Of a stretch of DNA of 34,029 nucleotides, positions 9,493 to 17,900 are shown piece by piece (positions within the stretch are counted from its first letter, which is position 1; every line of letters starts with the position of its first letter). Source of the DNA: a virus (taxonomy: Duplodnaviria; Caudoviricetes). A program made the position numbers and the translations under genes. The stretch lies in the IMG/VR virus record IMGVR_UViG_3300042807_000447, positions 1-34,029 of that record; one strand, 5' to 3'. The notes under the pieces are model-generated. The model had not been told where the DNA came from. It saw nothing but the letters and a program-made list of their open reading frames with translations, and did no database searches.

Positions 9493-9664
9493 CCAGGATA
9501 TTCCGCAGTCCAGCGGAATAAGCGAGCTAAAGGTTGCGGCGATACAACTTCATGAAATGTACATGGAGTTTCGCGGCGCTGGTTTTACTCGTAGGGAAGC
9601 CTTATACCTTGTTGGAATAATTGTAGTTGAAGGGTCAGCAAAAGACAACGATGAGCGAAACTAA
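9482..9664 (+). CDS. Small hypothetical protein
   Basis: ATG at 9482 after AAGGA; overlaps both neighbours. The LHEMYMEFRGAGFTRREAL pattern resembles small actinophage proteins. Confidence 0.65.
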   Translation: MTSNQDIPQSSGISELKVAAIQLHEMYMEFRGAGFTRREALYLVGIIVVEGSAKDNDERN

Positions 9665-10130
9665 CACACCGCGTCCTTCCTGGGACAGCACCTGGATGCA
9701 TGTAGCTGAGACAATAGCTAAGCGTTCACGTTGTACCCGTGCGCAGGTTGGTGCAGTTGTAGTGTCTAGTCAACAGCGCATTAGCTCAACTGGGTACAAC
9801 GGTGCACCTGCTGGTTGGCCACATCAAAGCGACTGCATTGACTGGTGCCCACGCGCTAAAGGCGATGCCCCACTTGATCAGTTCTACGACGCGTGTCCAG
9901 CAATCCATGCTGAGGCAAACGCACTTCTATACGTAGATCGTTCTCAGGTCGAGGGTGGAACAATATATGTCACAGGTGCGTGTTGCATGCAGTGTGCAAA
10001 GCTCGTATCTAACTCAGGCGTATCACGCGTTGTCATGAAGGTGCGCAAGATCGACAAGCACCGTCACCCTGAAGAGGTTGTTGCATTTTTAGCTAAGTCA
10101 GGTTTAAGGGTGGAGACTATTGATGACTGA
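9651..10130 (+). CDS. dCMP deaminase (zinc-dependent cytidine deaminase fold)
   Basis: RPSWD, AKRSRC, VGAVVV, STGYNG, HAEANAL and CMQC motifs. Confidence 0.92.
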   Translation: MSETNTPRPSWDSTWMHVAETIAKRSRCTRAQVGAVVVSSQQRISSTGYNGAPAGWPHQSDCIDWCPRAKGDAPLDQFYDACPAIHAEANALLYVDRSQVEGGTIYVTGACCMQCAKLVSNSGVSRVVMKVRKIDKHRHPEEVVAFLAKSGLRVETIDD

Positions 10131-11946
10131 TGGTTTAGGTGATGTAAAACTCCACCTTGTAAACAACGTTGAGGAAGCACAAAACTTTCTGCGTTGGCTA
10201 GGTGAGCGTCGTCCACACAACGCTATTGCTATTGACACTGAAACTGGTGAAAATCCAGGAGGTGCTCGTAAGGATGCGCTTTCTCCATGGCACGGGCAAC
10301 TACGTCTAGTCCAGGTTGGTGATGGGCAGCAAGGTTGGTCAATTCCATGGAAGGAATGGTCAGGTGTTTTCTACGAGGCAATGAACAAGTTTGATGGACC
10401 CGTTGTCTGTCACAACATTGCGTTTGAGGCGCGTTGGTTTGATGTTCACTCGCACTGGAAGATGCCGTGGGAACGCGCACACGACACAATGATTATGGCG
10501 CACATCATTGACCCACTTGGTTCTGGTGCACTAAAGAACCTTGCGGCTTTGCACGTTGATGGTCGCGCAGTTGCATTACAGGAAACACTTGATATTGAAC
10601 TAGCAAAGAACGGCTGGACATGGGGAACTGTGCCTGTAGAGTTTCAACCGTACTGGGCATACGGTGCACTTGACACAGTTCTAACAATGCGCCTATGGGA
10701 AATGTTCTACGAGAAGTGCGGTCCTAACGGCGCATATCATCGCCCATATGAACTTGAAATGGCTGCCCGTAAGATCGTTACCCGCATGGAGATCAACGGC
10801 GCACGCATTGACCTCGATTACTCTAAGAAGAAGTTTGAAGAACTAAGCACATATGCCGATACGGTAAAGAACTGGGCAAAGCAAACCTATGGTGGTGTCT
10901 CGATTGGCAGCAACCAGCAACTAGTGCGCCTGCTTGAAAAGCTTGGTGCAGAGATTAACTCATACACGCCTTCTGGTCAAAAATCAGCCGACAAGGACGA
11001 GCTAAAGTTTCTTAGCATCAACGGTTCTCCTGAGGTTCAGCAGCTTGCGGATCTTGTTCTAAAGCAGCGCAAGGCTGACAAGCTTGCCAACACTTACTTT
11101 GCAAACTTTATCAACGATAACGTTGATGGCTTTGTGCACCCATCAGTAAAGACCCTTGGTGCTCGCACATCGCGTATGTCGATCCAAAACCCTGCACTAC
11201 AGACATTGCCTAAGGGTGACGACACGGTTCGTACCGCGTTTATTCCAAAGGACGAGGATCACGTCATTATTACGTCTGACCTTGACCAGGTTGAGTTTAG
11301 AATGTTTGCGTCATTGTCACAGGACCCAAATCTCATCACCTTGTTTAATCGCGCTGACGCGACTGGCTCAGATCCGTTTACCGAGATTGGTCGCGAGATC
11401 TATCAAGATCCAACAATGCAACGTTCTGATAAGCGACGCAATCTTATCAAGGGAACGGTATATGGACGTCTCTATGGTGCAGGCGTATCAAAGCAGGCAC
11501 TAACCGCAGGTGTACCTGAAGGACAGATGCGCACCGTATCTGACGCGTTTGATGAGCGTTTCCCAGGCATGTCGTTCTTCCAAAAACAAATTGAAGATGC
11601 AGGCATGCGCCGTCTAAAGTCTGAAGGACAAGGATATGTGTACACATGGACAGGTCGTCGCATTCCTTGTGACGAGGATCGTGCATACACGCTTGTCAAC
11701 TATCTAATTCAAGGTGGAGCCGCCGAGGTGTTCAAGCAAAACCTTATAAAGCTTGACGCAGCAGATCTAACAGAACTGCTAATCGTCCCGGTACACGATG
11801 AAATTGTTCTTAACGCACCACGTAAGGACGCTCATGAAATCATGCAAGTCGTGAAGGAATGCATGACTACAACCGAAGGCTGGGCAGTACCTCTTACTTC
11901 TGGCATTGATGGACCAATGGAAAACTGGGGAGAAAAATACAGATGA
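10123..11946 (+). CDS. polA: DNA polymerase family A with 3'-5' exonuclease, no 5'-3' exonuclease domain
   Basis: Exo motifs IDTET, HNIAFE and YGALD. Polymerase motif A DLDQVEFR, motif B RNLIKGTVYGRLYG, NYLIQG, and motif C VHDE. Confidence 0.95.
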   Translation: MTDGLGDVKLHLVNNVEEAQNFLRWLGERRPHNAIAIDTETGENPGGARKDALSPWHGQLRLVQVGDGQQGWSIPWKEWSGVFYEAMNKFDGPVVCHNIAFEARWFDVHSHWKMPWERAHDTMIMAHIIDPLGSGALKNLAALHVDGRAVALQETLDIELAKNGWTWGTVPVEFQPYWAYGALDTVLTMRLWEMFYEKCGPNGAYHRPYELEMAARKIVTRMEINGARIDLDYSKKKFEELSTYADTVKNWAKQTYGGVSIGSNQQLVRLLEKLGAEINSYTPSGQKSADKDELKFLSINGSPEVQQLADLVLKQRKADKLANTYFANFINDNVDGFVHPSVKTLGARTSRMSIQNPALQTLPKGDDTVRTAFIPKDEDHVIITSDLDQVEFRMFASLSQDPNLITLFNRADATGSDPFTEIGREIYQDPTMQRSDKRRNLIKGTVYGRLYGAGVSKQALTAGVPEGQMRTVSDAFDERFPGMSFFQKQIEDAGMRRLKSEGQGYVYTWTGRRIPCDEDRAYTLVNYLIQGGAAEVFKQNLIKLDAADLTELLIVPVHDEIVLNAPRKDAHEIMQVVKECMTTTEGWAVPLTSGIDGPMENWGEKYR

Positions 11947-12404
11947 TACACGTTTTAGCAGTAGACCCAGGCAAGGCAACCGGAATTGCCTTGTTCAAGT
12001 TTGAAGGACAGGAACCAGAGCTAGTCTGGTCAGGCGAGTACCAGCAACACGAATACGCAAAGCCGATCCGTGAGGCAATCTACGCGGCAAAGGCAATGGG
12101 ATACGTAATCGACATAACCTGTGAAAGATTTACCATCAATGCCCAAACTGTAAAGAACTCACAGGCTCCATACTCACTTGAGCAGATTGGTATCCTCAAG
12201 CAGATCATGATGGATAACGACCTAAACCACGAAAAGATCGCGTTCCAGTCACCTGCGGATGCAAAGGCAATGTTCCCAAACCCTGCCCTAAAGAAGCTGG
12301 AATACTGGCACAAGGGCGGCGAAGGTCACGCCCTAGATGCGATAAGACACGGATTACTACGGTGTGTCAAGCTAGGATGGAAGCCAACACGCCTGTTACA
12401 ATAG
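11943..12404 (+). CDS. RuvC-like Holliday junction resolvase
   Basis: VLAVDPGKATG, CERF, and a C-terminal HALDA; RNase H fold acidic residues; follows the polymerase. Confidence 0.75.
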   Translation: MIHVLAVDPGKATGIALFKFEGQEPELVWSGEYQQHEYAKPIREAIYAAKAMGYVIDITCERFTINAQTVKNSQAPYSLEQIGILKQIMMDNDLNHEKIAFQSPADAKAMFPNPALKKLEYWHKGGEGHALDAIRHGLLRCVKLGWKPTRLLQ

Positions 12405-12412
12405 TTTCAACA

Positions 12413-12458
12413 TACTAAGCAAAAAAGTAGTTTGCTTTAGTAAAATTCCTGATAGTAT
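12413..12458 (+). promoter_or_regulatory. Inverted repeat followed by an extended -10-like element upstream of the helicase
   Basis: TACTAAGCAAA (12413-12423) pairs with TTTGCTTTAGTA (12431-12442) with a one-base bulge; TGATAGTAT at 12450-12458. Confidence 0.5.
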
Positions 12459-12488
12459 GTATTTACGTAATGACGAAAGGATGGCGCG

Positions 12489-14294
12489 GTGCCAGTAGAA
12501 GTAGAGCTTGATGAATCAGGCAAGAACATAATCATCGCCACCGAGTGGCGGTACAAAGAGTTATGCAAGACCTTGCCTGGATCCAAGTGGGACCCTAAGC
12601 TACAGCAATGGCGAGTCCCTACATCATGGGCATCATGTCTTGCATTGCGCTCAACGTTTAAGACCGAGCTTGTGATTGGCCCTGGTTTGGCCGAGTGGGC
12701 TGGCAACGAAATGACCAAACGTATTACCCCAGCGAACGAACTTCGGGTCCTAGAGACCCTTGAGGACGCCTCTAATGAGGACCTATTTCCACACCAGCGC
12801 GCAGGCGTTGCGTTCCTTGCAACTGCAAAACGTGCGCTACTTGCTGACGAACCTGGACTAGGTAAAACAGCACAGGCAATCCGTGCACTAAAGAAACTAC
12901 AGGAAAATGGCGAGGAACCGTTCCCTGCACTAATCGTTTGCCCTAACACGCTAAAGAAAAACTGGAAGCGTGAGTTTGCAAGATGGTGGCCAGACGTAAA
13001 GGTTGAGGTTATCAAGGGATCAGCCAACCAACGCCGTAAGGTATTTGAGGAACAGGCTGACGTATACGTAATCAACTGGGAATCACTTAGATCCCACTCG
13101 CGACTTGCACCTTACGGATCAGTCGCACTTGCTCGTTGCACCGCCTGTGGCGGCCACGATGACAAGGTGACTGAAAACCGCTGCGAGGTACACGAACGCG
13201 AACTAAACACGATTAACTTTAACTCTGTAGTTGCAGACGAGATCCACCGCTCAAAGGAACCAAAGAGCAAGCAATCACGCGCCCTGTGGGCTGCAACAGG
13301 TGATGCACCAATTCGCTTTGCCCTTACAGGTACACCTATTGCAAACAACGTTCTTGATCTATGGTCAATCCTTCACTGGCTTGCACCTGAAGAGTGGCCA
13401 AGTAAAACTCGCTGGATTGACCGCATGGTTGACACAATGTTAAACGCGTTTGGTGGCATGATGGTTCTAGGTGTAAAGCCACACATGCAAACAGAGTTTG
13501 ACGCCACGTTAAATCCACGTATGCGTCGCATGCTAAAGTCGGTGGTGCTTCCTTGGCTACCGGAAATGATGTTCGAGCGACGTGACATCGAGATGTCAAC
13601 AAAGCAGGCAAAGGCTTACAAGCAAATGCGTGATCTTATGATTGCTGAGCTTGAAGGCGGAGATATTGTTACTGCGCCTTCGCCACTAACTCAAACAACA
13701 CGACTGCTGCAGTTTGCAAGCTCTTATGCTGAGATGGACGTTGACGAGACAACAGGTGAAAGCAAGGCACGTTTGACAGAGCCTTCCTGCAAGGTTGATG
13801 CTCTAATGGACGACATCAAGAACGGCGACTTTGGAAATGACAGCGTAGCTGTGTGTGCAGTATCGCGACAACTTATAGAGTTACTTAGCGCAGCACTAAC
13901 AAAGGAAAAGATCCAGCACGGTCTTATCACGGGTGCACAAACTGAGGACGAACGTCAACAAGCGGTTGACGATTTTCAATCTGGCAAGATCAAGTGGATC
14001 TTGTTTACGGCACAAGCTGGTGGTGTTGGAATTACACTTACAGCCGCACGTCGTCTAGTCATGCTGCAGCGTCCGTGGTCTCTTGTAGATCACAAGCAGG
14101 CGTTGGATCGTGTGCACCGTATTGGATCAGAGATTCACGATTCAATCATTGTCACTGACTATGTGACAGAAGGAACAGTCGAGGAGCGCGTCTTGCAGGT
14201 ACTCGAAACAAAGGCAGACAACTTTGAGGCTATCGTCCGCGATAAAGCGCAGTTGCTTGCATTACTCAAAGATGATAAGGCAGGAAACCTATGA
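12489..14294 (+). CDS. SNF2-family (SF2) DNA helicase
   Basis: LFPHQ Q-motif, LLADEPGLGKT Walker A, DEIH, ALTGTP, GGVGITL and QALDRVHRIG. Confidence 0.93.
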   Translation: MPVEVELDESGKNIIIATEWRYKELCKTLPGSKWDPKLQQWRVPTSWASCLALRSTFKTELVIGPGLAEWAGNEMTKRITPANELRVLETLEDASNEDLFPHQRAGVAFLATAKRALLADEPGLGKTAQAIRALKKLQENGEEPFPALIVCPNTLKKNWKREFARWWPDVKVEVIKGSANQRRKVFEEQADVYVINWESLRSHSRLAPYGSVALARCTACGGHDDKVTENRCEVHERELNTINFNSVVADEIHRSKEPKSKQSRALWAATGDAPIRFALTGTPIANNVLDLWSILHWLAPEEWPSKTRWIDRMVDTMLNAFGGMMVLGVKPHMQTEFDATLNPRMRRMLKSVVLPWLPEMMFERRDIEMSTKQAKAYKQMRDLMIAELEGGDIVTAPSPLTQTTRLLQFASSYAEMDVDETTGESKARLTEPSCKVDALMDDIKNGDFGNDSVAVCAVSRQLIELLSAALTKEKIQHGLITGAQTEDERQQAVDDFQSGKIKWILFTAQAGGVGITLTAARRLVMLQRPWSLVDHKQALDRVHRIGSEIHDSIIVTDYVTEGTVEERVLQVLETKADNFEAIVRDKAQLLALLKDDKAGNL

Positions 14295-15235
14295 CAGAAA
14301 TGACGCAAGGACCGTTGCGTATCTCAAACTCAGAGATACAGACCTTCAAGGATTGTCGTCGCAAGTGGTGGCTTAGCTACTACCGTCGCCTAAAGCCACG
14401 TGCGGAAAACATGACAGGCGCACTTGCGCTTGGTTCACGCGTTCACGCGGCGCTTGACGACTACTACAGCAAGGGAACGCCACTGCTTGAGGCGCACCGC
14501 TTCCACGTTGAAAAGGACCGCGCAGTACTTGAGGAACAGATGCGTGATACCTACGACCTGGACTCTGAGGCAGAGCTTGGCCGCATCATGCTTGAGGGTT
14601 ACCTTGACTGGGTTGAGGAAAACGGAATTGACTCAGAGTTGGACATGATCTCTACTGAAGAGATAATCGAGATGCCAATGTTTGACGGCAAGGTTATTCT
14701 TCAAGGCAAGATCGACATGCGTGTTCGTCGCAAGGCTGATGGTGTGCGTATGTTCCGCGACTTTAAGACTGTTGGTGGTTCGTTTACTGACTTTGCGTCA
14801 ATGGCGCACATGAATGAGCAGATCCTTACCTATATGACACTTGAGGCTGCACAGAACAAGGAAGGCGAACGATCAGAGGGCGGTATCTTCACAATGTTGA
14901 AGAAGGTAAAGCGTTCCGCAAATGCTCGCCCGCCGTTCTACGAGCAAATGGAAGTTCGTCACAATGTTTTCTCGCTGCGTAATTTTTGGCAGCGACTACA
15001 CGGCACAGTTAGCGACATGCTAGGTGTGCGCAAGGCTCTCGATGAGGGAGTATCACATCAACTTGTAGCGTATCCGCGTCCATCGCGTGACTGCAAGTGG
15101 AAGTGCCCATTTTTCGCTCTGTGCCCAATGTTTGACGACGGTAGCGCCGTTGAACAAGCACTTAGCGATTCATATGCGGTCGCCGACCCATATGGTTACT
15201 ACGGTAACACAGAAGAGAAAAAAGGAAGTGAGTGA
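14291..15235 (+). CDS. Cas4/RecB-like PD-(D/E)XK exonuclease
   Basis: SNSEIQTFKDCRRKW, GSRVH, GKIDM...DFKT, QILTY, and C-terminal CKWKCPFFALC (4-Cys Fe-S staple arrangement). Confidence 0.88.
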   Translation: MTEMTQGPLRISNSEIQTFKDCRRKWWLSYYRRLKPRAENMTGALALGSRVHAALDDYYSKGTPLLEAHRFHVEKDRAVLEEQMRDTYDLDSEAELGRIMLEGYLDWVEENGIDSELDMISTEEIIEMPMFDGKVILQGKIDMRVRRKADGVRMFRDFKTVGGSFTDFASMAHMNEQILTYMTLEAAQNKEGERSEGGIFTMLKKVKRSANARPPFYEQMEVRHNVFSLRNFWQRLHGTVSDMLGVRKALDEGVSHQLVAYPRPSRDCKWKCPFFALCPMFDDGSAVEQALSDSYAVADPYGYYGNTEEKKGSE

Positions 15236-15238
15236 CGT

Positions 15239-16006
15239 ATGTCAAACGAAGTACAGCGTTCCCTCACAATCATGGTGTATGGAGAGTCAAAGGTTGGTAA
15301 GTCAAGCTTTGCAGTAACCGCACCGTATCCTCGTCTCATGCTTGACGTTGAGGGTGGGCACCGATTCCTACCTATCAACGTAAAGTACTGGGACCCTCTG
15401 CGCGAGGAACCTCCCGTTGCAGATGGAACATGGGACACAGTGGTTGTGACGGTACGAGACTACGATGTAGTTCTCAAATCGTTCCAGTGGCTGCAAACTG
15501 GTAAGCATCAGTTTAAGTCATTGATCATCGATTCAATCTCAGAGCTTCAAGTGAAGTGTATGGATTCAATCGCAGGTACCGAGCAAATGAAGATGCAGCA
15601 ATGGGGTGAACTGCTACGTCACATGGGTGCGCTATTGCGCGATCTACGTGACCTAACAATGCACCCAACACAACCGCTAGAAGCTGTTGTGCTAACTGCA
15701 ATGGCACGACCAGGACAGGACGGTCGCATGCGTCCGTACCTACAGGGTCAGCTAGCAATTCAGGCTCCGTACTTCTACGACATTCTTGGCGCTATAAACG
15801 TTGAGACTGTACCTAACCCTGATCCACTGCAACCTCCGTTCAAGGTTCGTCGCATGTACGTCGAGCGCACAGATACTTATGAAGCTGGCGAGCGCGTTCA
15901 AGGTCGTCTTGGCAAGGTAGTAGAACAGCAAGATCTCGGCATTGAAAGAATGCTGGATATGGTTTTCGGAGAGAAAGCCGCAAGCAAGAAAAAAGCAGCG
16001 TCCTAG
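15239..16006 (+). CDS. Sak4-like AAA ATPase (phage recombination / annealing protein)
   Basis: VYGESKVGKS Walker A, LDVEGG and IIDSISE Walker B; sits between exonuclease and SSB as in Sak4 modules. Confidence 0.8.
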   Translation: MSNEVQRSLTIMVYGESKVGKSSFAVTAPYPRLMLDVEGGHRFLPINVKYWDPLREEPPVADGTWDTVVVTVRDYDVVLKSFQWLQTGKHQFKSLIIDSISELQVKCMDSIAGTEQMKMQQWGELLRHMGALLRDLRDLTMHPTQPLEAVVLTAMARPGQDGRMRPYLQGQLAIQAPYFYDILGAINVETVPNPDPLQPPFKVRRMYVERTDTYEAGERVQGRLGKVVEQQDLGIERMLDMVFGEKAASKKKAAS

Positions 16007-16043
16007 CCAAGTCGGTTAGCGCAATACATAAGGAGAAAACACA

Positions 16044-16613
16044 GTGAGTACACTCAACTGGGGCGACCTGGTAAAGGACGCCGGAGAAGTCGGTGGCAAC
16101 TACGAGCCACTTCCTGATGGTGATTATGACCTTCAGATTATCGAAGCAACTGCAAAGGTTGCACAGTCAGGTAAGACCATGTTTGCCGTAAAGGCGCAGG
16201 TTACAGCAGGAGCGCACGCAAAGCGTCTTGTTTGGGATAACCTAGTGGTTACACCTGACAGTCCTGCTGCGCTTGGCATGTTCTTCCGCAAGATGGCAGC
16301 AGTCGGTCTTGGTCGCGAGTTCTTCGCATCAAACCCAAGCAACGCACAAATCGAGGCAGCTCTTCAGAACCGTACATTCCGTGCACAGATTGGTTCACGC
16401 ACATGGAACGGCTCTAAGAAGAACGAAATCAAGATGTACTACGTTGCAACTGCAGGAGCTACTGGTACTACAGCTGCCGCTGCGGCAGCGCCTGCACCAG
16501 CACCTGCACCTGCCCCAGCGGCAGCACCTGCTCCTGCACCAGCAGCGGCACCAGCACCAGCAGCGGCGGACGTTCCACCAGCTCCACCTGCACCACCAGC
16601 TGCTCCGTTCTAA
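16044..16613 (+). CDS. Single-stranded DNA-binding protein (DUF669-like) with Ala/Pro-rich tail
   Basis: YEPLPDGDY...SGKTM...VWDNL...NEIK pattern, terminal PF, strong AAGGAG RBS, and position after the Sak4-like gene. Confidence 0.75.
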   Translation: MSTLNWGDLVKDAGEVGGNYEPLPDGDYDLQIIEATAKVAQSGKTMFAVKAQVTAGAHAKRLVWDNLVVTPDSPAALGMFFRKMAAVGLGREFFASNPSNAQIEAALQNRTFRAQIGSRTWNGSKKNEIKMYYVATAGATGTTAAAAAAPAPAPAPAPAAAPAPAPAAAPAPAAADVPPAPPAPPAAPF

Positions 16614-16620
16614 ATCAACA

Positions 16621-16676
16621 ATCGTCTGGTATCATCGTCCATGGCGCAAATGCGTCATGGGCGGTGATCCAACGAT
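16621..16676 (+). promoter_or_regulatory. Long intergenic RNA stem-loop (terminator-like or processing site)
   Basis: ATCGT-c-TGG-t-ATCATCGTCCATGGCGC-aaat-GCGTCATGGGCGGTGAT-CCA-ACGAT: about 25 bp stem with three G-U pairs and two single-base bulges. Confidence 0.7.
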
Positions 16677-16688
16677 AAGGGAGAACAA

Positions 16689-17900
16689 ATGAAAATCTTA
16701 ATGACAGGCTTTACGGCCTTACAGATCAACACGGAACGACGCACAATACAAAAGATTGACGTTCCTGCGCATGTCGCAAAGGCAATGCAAGACCTCGGTC
16801 ACGAGATTGATTGGCGTAAGGTCACACCTGGCGAGGACCTGTCAGGTTACGACATGGCTTGGATAAATCTTGCACCACTAAACTCGCTAAACGGACGTCA
16901 AGGTGCGATGGGTGCACTTTACACTTTATCTTCAGGATTACCTGCGGTCGGATTTTTTGACGACTGGCAGTTCAACACAGTTTTCAATGGCGCAAAGGCT
17001 CTTATGCGCAAACCGCAGATGCTGTATAAGCACCTTCTTGTTGGCACGGAACATCGCGGTGAAGAGGGCGCAACTTACTTTAGTCGTGCAGATATTGAGG
17101 CAGCGCTTGAGCGTGTCCGTGAGAAGGACCCAGAGGCTGCTAAGAAATGCTACATCGAGCGTTACTACATGATGGACACTGATGAAAGCGTCAAGCCTTA
17201 CGAAAAACAACTAGTGCAGACAGCGATTGACATGCTTGACGCACGTTGGGCTGCTGGTATGGTTCCAGTTTGCCCGATGTATGCGTGGGGTGATAGAACA
17301 GGTGTGCGCAAACGTATGCCAAAGGACGTTGGTCGTATCGAGGCACTTGACCCTACCAGCGTTGTGTTTGACACGCTTGCGGCGGTAACACCAACTCCGC
17401 CAGAGAAGAAGGAAAAGGCTTGGGTACTTGGCGCGTTGATGCCACATGATACTTGGCTTGAAAAGAAAAACCCAGGTTGGCCGGTTGAGATCGTTGGCAG
17501 TCGTAAGCTAATCCGCAAACTTGGTGGACAGCGTCTTGACACAGAGCTTGACGTTCTAAACTTCTACAATGACCGTTGGGGAATTCTGTCACCACCGTAT
17601 CCACATGCTGGTTCAGGCTGGTGGCGTTCACGATTCCTATATGCTGCGCGCATTGGTTCTATTCTTGTCACTGACAAGGGTGAGGGCGATCCGCTAGGTG
17701 ACGCGTATAAGCTAACAATTGCTGACGTTGAAAAGATGAATACCGAGGAACTGGCAGCTGCTGCACAGGCGCAGGCTGACGCATTGCGCCCATACATTGG
17801 AACATACGACATGTTCAAGGATCACATACAGAACATTCTTACTCGTACCATGCAAGAAGACAGAGGACTAAAGCTAAACGCGGATGGAACTAGAGCATGA
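16689..17900 (+). CDS. Putative GT-B fold glycosyltransferase 1 (candidate DNA base glycosyltransferase)
   Basis: Rossmann-like start MKILMTG...AMQDLGHEIDW, FFDDW, and C-terminal GILSPPY...WWRSRFLYAARIGSILVTD resembling the GT-B C-domain R-x-x-x-A-x-x-x-G...TD pattern. Confidence 0.6.
   Translation: MKILMTGFTALQINTERRTIQKIDVPAHVAKAMQDLGHEIDWRKVTPGEDLSGYDMAWINLAPLNSLNGRQGAMGALYTLSSGLPAVGFFDDWQFNTVFNGAKALMRKPQMLYKHLLVGTEHRGEEGATYFSRADIEAALERVREKDPEAAKKCYIERYYMMDTDESVKPYEKQLVQTAIDMLDARWAAGMVPVCPMYAWGDRTGVRKRMPKDVGRIEALDPTSVVFDTLAAVTPTPPEKKEKAWVLGALMPHDTWLEKKNPGWPVEIVGSRKLIRKLGGQRLDTELDVLNFYNDRWGILSPPYPHAGSGWWRSRFLYAARIGSILVTDKGEGDPLGDAYKLTIADVEKMNTEELAAAAQAQADALRPYIGTYDMFKDHIQNILTRTMQEDRGLKLNADGTRA

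Noticed and set aside
12437-13075. 212-aa antisense ORF opposite the helicase
   Set aside because: Fully overlaps a strongly supported gene and has no recognisable motifs.
14291-15235. Cas4-like gene as evidence of a CRISPR-Cas system
   Set aside because: No cas1/cas2 or array; it sits in a standard phage exonuclease-Sak4-SSB recombination module.
16003-16019. Short hairpin CTAGCC-aagtc-GGTTAG after the ATPase gene
   Set aside because: Only 6 bp with a G-U pair and no U-tract; too weak to call.
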